This document shows positions 1 to 8,319 of a stretch of DNA of 50,668 bases, in pieces; position 1 is the first letter of the stretch, and each line of letters opens with the position of its first letter. The stretch comes from a virus. Both the position numbers and the translations under genes were made by a program. A model generated the notes under the pieces. The model saw nothing but the letters and a program-made list of their open reading frames with translations. It was not told the origin of the DNA and did no database searches. The DNA lies in the IMG/VR virus record IMGVR_UViG_3300006147_000025. One strand, 5' to 3'.

Positions 1-77
1 ATTTGCGACGAGTTGGCGGGCGACTACCCCAAAACTTTCAAGTTCCTCGGTTGGCACCCGCAATGCCGTTGCGTCGT
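1..77. repeat. 77-bp terminal direct repeat, left copy, identical to 50592-50668
   Basis: Exact identity read from the sequence (atttgcgacgagttggcggg...gcgtcgt). Confidence 0.97.
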
Positions 78-1482
78 AGTGCCTATTATGTCCGACTACG
101 ACGAGTTCAACAAAGAGAGGGCGAACCGATTAAAAGCCATAGTTCGGGGTCAGACCTATAAAAGCCTTCCTTCCCGTCGCACCGTCCGCGACGTACCCGC
201 CGCCTTCCGTTCCCATATTGAAACGATAGCCGACCGCGCTAAGGGGTGGAAGTCGATGCCGTATTACATACGCGACAACTTCAAGAACGGCGTTATTTCC
301 GGCGGCCTTCTTCCGGCTATTCCGCAGAAGACACAAATGCCAGGCACCACGGCAAAGCCGTCCGAACCCTGTACGGAGTTCGACAGCGAGATAGCCCATT
401 ATAAAGCGTGGGCCTATACGTTCGGCTTAGACGTTTCGGGGTTGGATCCATTGAGGACGGCCGGCGACCGCGCCGGACTTCGCGCCGAATTGCAACGCTT
501 ACACACGGAACGCATCAATAGGCTACAACAATGGATGGCCGCCCGTAACGAGGTGGAAGACTTCGCAGACAAGGCGGTAGGCTTCCCGGACATAGTGAAG
601 GAAATAGAAGCCGCCCTTAACGCCAACGACGTAAAGACTAACAACTACTACGGCGACTGCATTAGCCGCCTTAAAGCCTTCTTCGCGTCGCTACCCGCCA
701 AGTTAGCAGCCGCAAAAGCCAAGAAGGGCAGCTATTCCGCGAATATGCCCGCCGAGTTGGAAAAGGGTAAGGCATATTTAGGCGACGCCGACCACGAATT
801 TAGTAAGGACTTCTTCGACCTTCTCAAACGGAAGGTTAAGTTAGAGATACACAACAGCACCGGGCGCAGTTACGAAAGTGGCGGCAACTTAGTCGTAGTC
901 TATACGAAAGGACGTAACGAAGTTTCGCCGTGGCACCGCGTATCCGTTATTTACCATGAGTTCGGCCACGCCATAGCCGACCAACGGAATTTATTGTTTG
1001 CGAAGGAAGTTACAGACCTCCGCGACGCACAGACCAAGCGGCTACGCACCCGCGAAAAGACGACCTATTACACGACGGAAAGGGTATGGAACTATAAAAC
1101 GGGGAAGTACGAGGTTCAGAAGGTCAAGCACGAAGTAAACCAAATGCGTATAATAACGCTGTCGGCTAAGATAAAAAACATTTACGAGCGAATACGGACT
1201 AAGGACAAAGACGACCCGATATTTAAGCGTTACGGCATTTCAAAGCCGGATGCGTTGGAGCAGTTCGGCGGACTTATGGACACGTTGCGAAGTTTGGTAA
1301 ACCGCGACGACGTAGGCTGGGGTCATTCCGTTAGTTACTTCAAGAGTTACGGCATGAAACAACACGAATATTTAGCCCACGCCTTTGAAAATGCATTTAT
1401 AGGAAACCGCGTATTCCAGTTGTTGATGCCAACCGAATACGCGGAAATGGTAGCGTTAGCGAAGTCGTTTAAGACACCCTAA
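1..1482 (+). CDS. Head morphogenesis protein (Mu gpF / SPP1 gp7-like), C-terminal part; continues in frame from 49776-50668 across the junction. Carries a C-terminal HExxH metallopeptidase-like domain.
   Basis: Position 1 equals 50592 and starts a codon in the frame of the ORF opening at ATG 49776. The motif WHPQCRCVVVP spans the junction (the HPxCRC signature of Phage_Mu_F). HEFGH lies at 955-969. The joined protein is about 765 aa. Confidence 0.8.
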   Translation: MCDELAGDYPKTFKFLGWHPQCRCVVVPIMSDYDEFNKERANRLKAIVRGQTYKSLPSRRTVRDVPAAFRSHIETIADRAKGWKSMPYYIRDNFKNGVISGGLLPAIPQKTQMPGTTAKPSEPCTEFDSEIAHYKAWAYTFGLDVSGLDPLRTAGDRAGLRAELQRLHTERINRLQQWMAARNEVEDFADKAVGFPDIVKEIEAALNANDVKTNNYYGDCISRLKAFFASLPAKLAAAKAKKGSYSANMPAELEKGKAYLGDADHEFSKDFFDLLKRKVKLEIHNSTGRSYESGGNLVVVYTKGRNEVSPWHRVSVIYHEFGHAIADQRNLLFAKEVTDLRDAQTKRLRTREKTTYYTTERVWNYKTGKYEVQKVKHEVNQMRIITLSAKIKNIYERIRTKDKDDPIFKRYGISKPDALEQFGGLMDTLRSLVNRDDVGWGHSVSYFKSYGMKQHEYLAHAFENAFIGNRVFQLLMPTEYAEMVALAKSFKTP

Positions 1483-1778
1483 CGAATAGGAACGAGGTAT
1501 AAGCCGCCGTCCATAATAGAACCTACGAGCTTCGCGCCCGTGGGTTCTTTTTCTCCTACGCCGGGATATACAGGAAGAAGCCGGGCTTTACCTTCCAAGC
1601 ATTGCCGGAGAATAGCCCCGTTCTTTTCGGCGTCCGGTTCGGCATATTCAAGAAGCCGCACGACGTCTATATATTCCGCCGGGGCGTCGGAATTAAGGAA
1701 GCCTTCGACAAGGACGTTATCGGGAACGACGGTAACAGGCTGTTTGCCCTTCGTGGTATTGATACGCGGTATTTTCAT
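1479..1778 (-). CDS. Hypothetical protein (99 aa), moron island
   Basis: ATG-initiated ORF convergent with the head gene. Last of three closely spaced or overlapping minus-strand ORFs. Confidence 0.45.
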   Translation of the reverse strand: MKIPRINTTKGKQPVTVVPDNVLVEGFLNSDAPAEYIDVVRLLEYAEPDAEKNGAILRQCLEGKARLLPVYPGVGEKEPTGAKLVGSIMDGGLYLVPIR

Positions 1779-1786
1779 AGCCTTTG

Positions 1787-2185
1787 TTATTTGGAGTTAA
1801 ACGGAGCATAGCCCGAAGGAATAAAACCTATTCCGAAGGTATTGCTTTCGGGGTGGAAGTCGTAGCCGATACAGGCGGCCCCGGCTAAAACGTCCGGCTT
1901 CCCGTTCAGTTCCTCGGAAGGAAGCGGCGCACCTTCGACGGGTGGGAATAGTTCAGTAACAACCCGGTCAAGTCTACGTAGTGCATCACGCCGGGCGCGT
2001 CCGTGGGAGTTCTTAACGTCGCACAGGGCAATAGTAACGCGCCCTTCATTGGTGGGAGCGTAGCGCGCTACCAAGTCGTCAAGCATAGGCTCGACGGAAC
2101 GGGAAACTTCCGCCATTGCGTCCCGGAGTACCGGGGAATACGGGAACGGTAGCGGTTGGAAGGCGGGGGCTAAGGGCTTAGGCAT
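1787..2185 (-). CDS. Hypothetical protein (132 aa)
   Basis: Start taken at ATG 2185 (MPKPLAP...), overlapping the stop of the upstream ORF by 8 nt. No motif recognised. Confidence 0.5.
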   Translation of the reverse strand: MPKPLAPAFQPLPFPYSPVLRDAMAEVSRSVEPMLDDLVARYAPTNEGRVTIALCDVKNSHGRARRDALRRLDRVVTELFPPVEGAPLPSEELNGKPDVLAGAACIGYDFHPESNTFGIGFIPSGYAPFNSK

Positions 2186-2402
2186 TTTGTTTATATTTGG
2201 CTTCAATTTCAACTCCTTTAATACGACAGTCCACGACGTCGCCGGAATTAGCAAGGGCGGGCTGTACTTCAACGGCAACCGCTATTTTTACGTCCGTGGC
2301 ATACGACCCGGCGAAGTTCTTAACGGCTTCCGTTATGTTGTGTTCAAATTCCGCCTTCTTCATAAAGAACGCTTCGGCGGGGGTTAAGTTCTTTTCTTCC
2401 AT
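2178..2402 (-). CDS. Hypothetical protein (74 aa)
   Basis: Start taken at ATG 2402 (MEEKNL...). It lies 26 nt downstream of a minus-strand TATCTTTG box. Confidence 0.45.
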   Translation of the reverse strand: MEEKNLTPAEAFFMKKAEFEHNITEAVKNFAGSYATDVKIAVAVEVQPALANSGDVVDCRIKGVEIEAKYKQNA

Positions 2403-2428
2403 AGTTGTAATGGGCTTTAATTCAAACG

Positions 2429-2436
2429 CAAAGATA
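2429..2436 (-). promoter_or_regulatory. Candidate Bacteroidota -7 promoter box (TATCTTTG on the minus strand)
   Basis: Plus strand reads caaagata, which matches the TAnnTTTG consensus on the minus strand. It is 26 nt upstream of ATG 2402. Confidence 0.35.
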
Positions 2437-2582
2437 CGACAATAACGCACCCAATCCAAATCAGCCAACCACGACAACCGGGAAGACCATACCCACCAAG
2501 GCACAGCCATAACCGTATAACGTGGAACGGGCGTAACTAATTGTTACCAACCGAAAAAGTCAATAGCAAAAAATACTCAATT

Positions 2583-2599
2583 CGTATTAGAATAATACG
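2583..2599 (-). terminator. Hairpin CGTATTA-GAA-TAATACG just after the stop of the 2601-3296 gene; member of the CGTAT-N7-ATACG family
   Basis: 7-bp perfect stem. On the minus strand it is followed within 10 nt by a T6 run. Confidence 0.35.
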
Positions 2600-2600
2600 C

Positions 2601-3296
2601 CTACTTCATCGCAAGGACTTTATTAAGCCGCGCCGTAAACTTTTCATCGTCCGGGAATACGTCGAGAGCCACGCGGATAACGCGCAGTTCGTTCTCTTTG
2701 TCCTTCGCCTTCCGATACAGAACACAAAGCCGCCAATAGGCATGAAACGCCGGATAGCGCAGCTTTATACATTCTTCGTAAGTAGCAATAGCCGCCGGAA
2801 CTTCGCCGCGCTTTTCAAGTTCCAAACCTTTGTTATTGAGTTCGGCGGTAGTGTATAAAAGTCGCTCCCGTCGTTCCGCTTCCGCTTTATAGGCTTCGGC
2901 TTCTTCATAGTCCGCGACCGATACGACAATGTTGTTATAACCATTCCAAGAAGCGCGGTTACAGGCTTCCCAATAGTCCTCATATTTAGACCAACCCGCC
3001 AACCCGCACCCCGGAGCAAAGAAGGACACGGGTACAAGTGTTTCACCTTCGCCCGGCATTGTTTCGCAAGAATCGGGGTTAGTTTCGTTGGCTTCCTTCC
3101 GTTCCGACCAAGCCGTCAATTTATCAGCGTCCGGCGTTGGTATTGAGTATTCACGCCCCTGCACACGAATAGAGAGCGAAGCCGGAACGTCGGATGTTTC
3201 GGGGCTATTCGTGCTTCGCTTCGATACACGGGCAATAACGACAATAAGAACACAGGCCACAAGCGCAGCCAACAAGATATAACCCACAACTTCCAT
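2601..3296 (-). CDS. Membrane-anchored protein with a C-terminal TPR-like repeat (231 aa)
   Basis: N-terminal hydrophobic helix (ILLAALVACVLIVVIARV). The C-terminal helical repeat (AIATYEECIKLRYPAFHAYWRLCVLYRKAKD) resembles TPR. Confidence 0.6.
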   Translation of the reverse strand: MEVVGYILLAALVACVLIVVIARVSKRSTNSPETSDVPASLSIRVQGREYSIPTPDADKLTAWSERKEANETNPDSCETMPGEGETLVPVSFFAPGCGLAGWSKYEDYWEACNRASWNGYNNIVVSVADYEEAEAYKAEAERRERLLYTTAELNNKGLELEKRGEVPAAIATYEECIKLRYPAFHAYWRLCVLYRKAKDKENELRVIRVALDVFPDDEKFTARLNKVLAMK

Positions 3297-3766
3297 TATA
3301 GAGGACTGACGTATGAATAAATAACATAGGAAGTTTTATTACCATTAGTTCCCGACATTACGAATATGTCTTTACCATACCAATTATAGGAACCATTTGA
3401 ATACGCGCTATAATTGCCGTAGTTATCCATCAGTCCGGCTATAATATCGTTGGAATTTCCATAAGGATAAACAGCATAAATGTTTTTTATTCGGTGTTTT
3501 TCCACGGTTACGTAAACGGAAATAGGCGATACAGAGCGGAGGCGATAATCAAAGTTATCCCGGTCAGTAGCTTCACACTTAAAGCCACCGTTTCCCAACT
3601 CTTCAACAGGTTCAAGACGCGTTAGGTAGTGGGTAATAGAATCCCCCAATACGAAACCGCCAAAACGCGGGTTAGCGTTCAGATTTTCAATGCTTCCCTG
3701 TTTCTTCGTTTGAGCGAAAACCACCACCGGGAGCAATAGGCAGAGCAGTAAAAGTAACTTCTTCAT
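3296..3766 (-). CDS. Secreted protein with a cleavable signal peptide (156 aa), AT-rich moron
   Basis: MKKLLLLLCLLLPVVVFAQ signal sequence. Local GC is about 35-40% against about 50% for the genome. Confidence 0.65.
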   Translation of the reverse strand: MKKLLLLLCLLLPVVVFAQTKKQGSIENLNANPRFGGFVLGDSITHYLTRLEPVEELGNGGFKCEATDRDNFDYRLRSVSPISVYVTVEKHRIKNIYAVYPYGNSNDIIAGLMDNYGNYSAYSNGSYNWYGKDIFVMSGTNGNKTSYVIYSYVSPL

Positions 3767-3776
3767 AATTTATGAG

Positions 3777-3784
3777 TAACTTTG
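3777..3784 (+). promoter_or_regulatory. Exact TAACTTTG(CG) -7 box pointing rightward into a non-coding region
   Basis: Exact match to TAnnTTTG and identical to five other boxes in this genome. Confidence 0.35.
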
Positions 3785-4035
3785 CGCCACCGCCCGAAGC
3801 AGCAGGGTAAGACACACGAAAAAAGCGCGGACTATATAGGTTTGAGTATTTGCGGCATCGCCAAACGCCTTACGAAAACAAACCGTATAGCCGCGCTTCA
3901 TCGGCATATCGGGGTAAGGATATACGACGCTACGCGCTTAGGTTCATTCTTCGTAATTTGTTAATTTGGCGATTTTCAAATACTAAGAACCTATCGCTTC
4001 TTCGATAATAGCCGGATTTTTCCCCAGCTACACCG

Positions 4036-4043
4036 CAAAGTTA
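4036..4043 (-). promoter_or_regulatory. Exact TAACTTTG(CG) -7 box on the minus strand, about 270 nt upstream of the secreted-protein gene
   Basis: Plus strand reads cgcaaagtta. Candidate promoter of the 3766-2601 operon with a long leader. Confidence 0.4.
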
Positions 4044-4110
4044 CTGCAAATAATTCACATTCCGCATATAAAAGCCTAACAAAGTGTATGGCATAACCCG
4101 CCGAGGGTTG

Positions 4111-4175
4111 GAAGTTTCGGCGAAGTGTTTGCCGCTTGCGATTTGGACTTGTATTAAGGTAATACGCTAACTTTG
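4111..4175 (+). promoter_or_regulatory. Candidate late promoter of the head-tail operon: 20-bp upstream element plus TAACTTTGCG
   Basis: GAAGTTTCGGCGAAGTGTTT lies at 4111-4130, TTTG at 4142-4145 and TAACTTTG at 4168-4175. The ATG follows at 4211. Confidence 0.5.
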
Positions 4176-4210
4176 CGCTTAGTTTAAGTAACCCCAACTA
4201 CAAATTATTT

Positions 4211-4936
4211 ATGGACGAATTAACATTAGCAATTTTAGCCCTACTGCAAGAAAAATTCGCAGGCGAGCGAAAAGACGGTTTAACGCAGCTTGCGGCCTTC
4301 ATTGGCCTAAACGCTGCGAACATTGAAGAAGCAACCGAAGTCGTAGGTAATCTTACCGCCGACAAGGTTAGCAAATTCGTTAAGGACTACCGAAGCCGAA
4401 CCGACGCGGAGATAGCCAAAGCCAACAAGACCCACGAAGAAAGCCTTAGACGTAAGTACGACTTCAAGGAGAAGGAACAGGGCGGCGGCGACCCGAAGCC
4501 CGGAGAGCAGACACCACCGGCCCCGGCGGGAGCATTGACAGCCGAGCAGATACGCGAAATTATCCGCGAGGAAAACAAGGTATTACGCGAAGGCTACGAC
4601 AGCCTACGCGCCGAAAAGACCACAGCCACCCGCCGCGAACAATTTGTAGCGAAGTTGGAAGCCGCCAAGATTGAGGGCAAGCAGCGTGAAATGATGCTGC
4701 GCAGCTTCGACCGCGTAGCCCCCACCTTTAAGGACGACGAAGACTTTAACGGGTACTTAAACGAAGTGCAGGCCGACCTCGACGGCATAGCACAGGAGCA
4801 GAGCGACAAAGGACTGCAAAGCCACGATAAGCCCCTCTTTGGAGCCGTGACCAAAGAAGGTATTAGCCAAGGCGTAGCAGACTACATCGCCGCACAGAGT
4901 TCACCAAGTCCGACCCTTACCGGGAAGGAAATTTAA
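4211..4936 (+). CDS. Putative scaffolding protein (241 aa)
   Basis: Charged, coiled-coil-like sequence immediately upstream of the capsid genes. Confidence 0.5.
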   Translation: MDELTLAILALLQEKFAGERKDGLTQLAAFIGLNAANIEEATEVVGNLTADKVSKFVKDYRSRTDAEIAKANKTHEESLRRKYDFKEKEQGGGDPKPGEQTPPAPAGALTAEQIREIIREENKVLREGYDSLRAEKTTATRREQFVAKLEAAKIEGKQREMMLRSFDRVAPTFKDDEDFNGYLNEVQADLDGIAQEQSDKGLQSHDKPLFGAVTKEGISQGVADYIAAQSSPSPTLTGKEI

Positions 4937-4959
4937 CAACCCCTAAACCGACAACGAAA

Positions 4960-5544
4960 ATGGGATTTATGCGAATAAAACGCGAACAGGACGAGCGCAC
5001 CGCCCACGCCTGTACGCACAACCTCGCCGACGTTCCCAACGGTGTAACCGTTAGCGTCGCCGACCTTATCCCCGGCGTTCCCCTTCGTGAAGGTTCCGTT
5101 ATTTCCCCCGACGAAGCGGGCATTTACCACCTCGTCAAGACGGCAGAAGTAACGGAAGCCGCCACCAGCACCGCCGTAGCCTACAAGGTAGCCAAGGGGC
5201 ACCACTTCAAAGTAGGCGACTTCGTGATGTTCAAGACGGGCGCGAAGTCATACGCTATTACAGCCATTGACACCACCGCCAAGACCCACGACACTATTAC
5301 CGTAGGAACGACCCTCGGCGCGGCTATTCCCGTCGGTGGAGTGCTTACCCAGGCCAAAGAAGAAAGCGCAACCGTTTCGGCGTTCAAATACGCCCCCTTC
5401 GCTTGCGTCGGCGACTCTTACCCGGTGGAAGCACTTACTAACACCCCCGTCGCAGCCGTGACCTTCGGGCAGTTCAAAACCGCGCTTTGCCCCCCGATTA
5501 GCGACGCGATTAAGGCCGCCCTTCCTACAATTAAATTCATCTAA
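4960..5544 (+). CDS. Putative head decoration or capsid accessory protein (194 aa)
   Basis: Position between scaffold and major capsid gene. Ala/Thr/Val-rich, probably beta-rich sequence. No motif recognised. Confidence 0.35.
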   Translation: MGFMRIKREQDERTAHACTHNLADVPNGVTVSVADLIPGVPLREGSVISPDEAGIYHLVKTAEVTEAATSTAVAYKVAKGHHFKVGDFVMFKTGAKSYAITAIDTTAKTHDTITVGTTLGAAIPVGGVLTQAKEESATVSAFKYAPFACVGDSYPVEALTNTPVAAVTFGQFKTALCPPISDAIKAALPTIKFI

Positions 5545-5567
5545 CCAACAAGCCACAACAATAAGTT

Positions 5568-6674
5568 ATGATACCTACTTTAATGCAGGGGCTTAACGAA
5601 CAGGATATGGCGGGCGTAGTCAAGACCTACGACCTTAAACCCTTCTACTATCCTACACTTTTCCCGTTGAAGGAGAACTACTCCCTAACGTGGAAAGCGT
5701 TGGAAACGCGAATAGGGCTTAAAATTGCCGCCGACCTCGTAGCCCGTGGCGCAACCATTGACAAGAAGACCCGCGAGGCAATAGCCCGTATTCAGGGCGA
5801 TATCCCCAAAATTGCCATTAAGCGCACCAAGAACGAGGAAGAACTCGACGACTACGAACTTATGATAGCCCGCACGTCGAAGAACCCCGACCTTCGCGCA
5901 CTTGTGGAAGCGTGGGCCGAAGACACTAAATTCTGTTGGGACGGCGTAGCCGCCCGTTTGGAGTGGATAGCGTTGCAGTCCATTTCACTCGGTAAAATTC
6001 GCCTTACCAACGAAAACAACACTTCGGTACTTACCGAATACGATGTAGACTACCTTATCCCCGAAGAACAAAAGGTAGGCTTCCAAACCGGTTCCGCTTC
6101 GTGGGCTAATTCCACCGCCGCCCGTCCTATTACAAAGGACTTCAAGGCAGTTGTAAAAGCCGCCAAGAAGAAGGGCGTTACGTTGAAGTACGCCTTTATG
6201 TCTACGGAAACCTTCGCCACCTTCACGGAAACCGAAGAAGTGCAGAAAACGTGTGCTTCCTTCGCCGCCAACGCGCTCGGCGTTCAGCAGACACCGAGCC
6301 TCGAACAGGTAAACACCGCCCTTCGTGGCCTTTCCTACCTTTACGGGCTTCAAATCATTGTCATCGACCAAGACATAACCATCGAATTAGGCGACGGAAG
6401 CCGCCCGTTCAGTGGCAACCCCTTCGTTAACGACGTGGTAATGTTCAGCGCAAGCAAGGTTTTGGGCCATACCTTCTGGAAACGCCCCGCCGACCTTAAC
6501 GTAAAGGGTTCGGTAGCCCTCAAGACCCTCAACGGCCATACCCTTATTAAGAAGTTCGCCAACGAGGAACCGCTTGAAGAAGTAACGATGGGTATTGCTA
6601 ACGCCTTCCCCGCGTGGGAAACTTCATCCGATAGTTGGCTTATGTCTACCGACGCTAACAAGTGGAACCACTAA
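5568..6674 (+). CDS. Major capsid protein (368 aa; lambda gpE-like size and position)
   Basis: Size, position after scaffold and decoration genes, and a strong hairpin directly downstream. Confidence 0.65.
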   Translation: MIPTLMQGLNEQDMAGVVKTYDLKPFYYPTLFPLKENYSLTWKALETRIGLKIAADLVARGATIDKKTREAIARIQGDIPKIAIKRTKNEEELDDYELMIARTSKNPDLRALVEAWAEDTKFCWDGVAARLEWIALQSISLGKIRLTNENNTSVLTEYDVDYLIPEEQKVGFQTGSASWANSTAARPITKDFKAVVKAAKKKGVTLKYAFMSTETFATFTETEEVQKTCASFAANALGVQQTPSLEQVNTALRGLSYLYGLQIIVIDQDITIELGDGSRPFSGNPFVNDVVMFSASKVLGHTFWKRPADLNVKGSVALKTLNGHTLIKKFANEEPLEEVTMGIANAFPAWETSSDSWLMSTDANKWNH

Positions 6675-6684
6675 CCCTAACCGT

Positions 6685-6710
6685 CCGGGGAGTCCTTCGG
6701 GGCTTCCCGG
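6685..6710 (+). terminator. Hairpin with a UUCG tetraloop after the capsid gene
   Basis: ccggggagtcc-ttcg-gggcttcccgg. 11-bp stem including two G-U pairs. Confidence 0.4.
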
Positions 6711-6727
6711 CTTAAACCCTTCCAACG

Positions 6728-7039
6728 ATGACCTACAAAGAATGGATAACCCGCACCGCTTACCGCTTCGGCGTAACCGCAACAGACGCGGAATTGATTT
6801 TAGCCAACCAAGCCGGGCTAATTCCCGACCCCGAAGCCGAAGTAGACGTAAGGACGGCGAAAACCGCCCTTTGCAAAGAGTTCGGCTCTATTATTCCGTT
6901 GGCAAACGTCAGCGAAGGCGGCTATTCCGTTTCGTGGAATTGGGAAGCTATTAAGTTTTGGTATAATCAAACCTGCGGCGAATTGGGGATAACACCCGCC
7001 AACGCGCCGAAGGTTAAAAACCGAAGCCGGATATGGTAG
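6728..7039 (+). CDS. Head-tail connector module protein (103 aa)
   Basis: Small ORF following the capsid gene, in a run of overlapping ORFs. Confidence 0.45.
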   Translation: MTYKEWITRTAYRFGVTATDAELILANQAGLIPDPEAEVDVRTAKTALCKEFGSIIPLANVSEGGYSVSWNWEAIKFWYNQTCGELGITPANAPKVKNRSRIW

Positions 7040-7431
7040 CAATTCAAGACATTATAAACAACCAATACCCGCACTTCCTTTACGTCCGCAATAGCGACGG
7101 GGAAGCAGTACAGGACGCTAACGGCAGTTGGCAGACAACCGGGGCGGCGTGGAAACTTCACGCTTCATGCCGGGAAGAAACCAACGGCAAGGGAACGCAG
7201 ATACAGGCGGCTAACGGAAGGTTTATAACATTCGCTTCCCTTATCCAACTTCCGGCGGGAACGGAGCGCGTAGGATTGGGCCAGGAAGTGGCCGCAGCCG
7301 ACCGCGAGCTGCTACCGTCAGAGCTTACCGACGAAGCCTTACAGGACGCACAGGCGGAAGGAGCAGTTAGGATTATTGGCGAGTGCTTGAAATTCGATAA
7401 AGGGCGACTTCATTGTAGGCTATGGGTATAA
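7033..7431 (+). CDS. Head-tail connector / head-closure module protein (132 aa)
   Basis: Overlaps both neighbours; assignment is by position only. Confidence 0.45.
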   Translation: MVAIQDIINNQYPHFLYVRNSDGEAVQDANGSWQTTGAAWKLHASCREETNGKGTQIQAANGRFITFASLIQLPAGTERVGLGQEVAAADRELLPSELTDEALQDAQAEGAVRIIGECLKFDKGRLHCRLWV

Positions 7432-7883
7432 GCGCGAACTTCAATATTAACGACATCGACGCAACCTTTAAGGCGTTGTTAGCCGAAGTGGATAGGCAGC
7501 TAATAGAAAGCCTTACCCGCGTAGGCGAAGAAGCCGTAAAGTTAGCGAAGATGATACCGCCGGAACGTGGCTTCAAAGACCGCACGGGAAACCTACGCTC
7601 GTCTATTGGCTACGTCGTATTAGTGGACGGAAAACCCGTGAACGTGGCTTTTGCCGCAGTCAAGGGCGGACACGCCGGAGTTAATGAAGGGCAGCGGTTA
7701 GCCTTACAAGTGGGAAGCAAGACCGAAGGCTACGCTTTGGTAGTCGTGGCGGGTATGAACTACGCCGTTCACGTCGAGAGCAAAGGCCGCGACGTATTGA
7801 CTTCCGCCGAAAAATTTGCCGAAAAGGAGGTAGCCAAACACTTAGCCGACTTAGTTACGAACATTAAAAACGCCTTCAAGTAG
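7422..7883 (+). CDS. HK97 gp10-like tail-completion / neck protein (153 aa)
   Basis: The sequence ...RVGEEAVKLAKMIPPERGFKDRTGNLRSSIGY... resembles the HK97 gp10 family. Position supports this. Confidence 0.5.
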   Translation: MGISANFNINDIDATFKALLAEVDRQLIESLTRVGEEAVKLAKMIPPERGFKDRTGNLRSSIGYVVLVDGKPVNVAFAAVKGGHAGVNEGQRLALQVGSKTEGYALVVVAGMNYAVHVESKGRDVLTSAEKFAEKEVAKHLADLVTNIKNAFK

Positions 7884-8299
7884 TGAAACATTGCAGCAGC
7901 ATAGACACGGACGACATCCTCTACAAGTTGGTACAGGAAGCCGTTACTTCCGGGAAAATCAAAATTTCCGGGGGCGTTTACGTCCAAGGGGAGCGACCCG
8001 ACGACAGCGAAGCGGAAGACATCGTAATAAACACGATAGCCGTAACGCACGAAAAGCCCCAAACGGGAACTTCCAACGTGAATATCTTTGTTTCCGACAA
8101 GAAAGTAAAGATACGCGGACGGGAACAGCGCAAAGCCGACCGGGAACGCCTACGCACCATTGGCGACGCGCTTGTAGCCTATTTGGACGAACAGAACGTA
8201 GCCGACTTAGAATATTGGATTGAGAACGACACCACGATAAAGGAAATTGAGGTAAAGCAGCACTACCGCAATTTGAGAATAAGCTGGAATATTCATTAA
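7883..8299 (+). CDS. Neck / tail-terminator module protein (138 aa)
   Basis: GTG start overlapping the preceding TAG. Position just before the major tail protein gene. Confidence 0.4.
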   Translation: MKHCSSIDTDDILYKLVQEAVTSGKIKISGGVYVQGERPDDSEAEDIVINTIAVTHEKPQTGTSNVNIFVSDKKVKIRGREQRKADRERLRTIGDALVAYLDEQNVADLEYWIENDTTIKEIEVKQHYRNLRISWNIH

Positions 8300-8319
8300 C
8301 AATTTAACACCATACCCCT

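Noticed and set aside
3782-4197. Small ORFs 3782-3964 (+, 60 aa) and 3991-4197 (-, 68 aa) in the large intergenic spacer
   Set aside because: They have no ATG or poor start context, unusual composition (Arg/Cys/Leu-rich), and overlap the promoter boxes. They are treated as non-coding.
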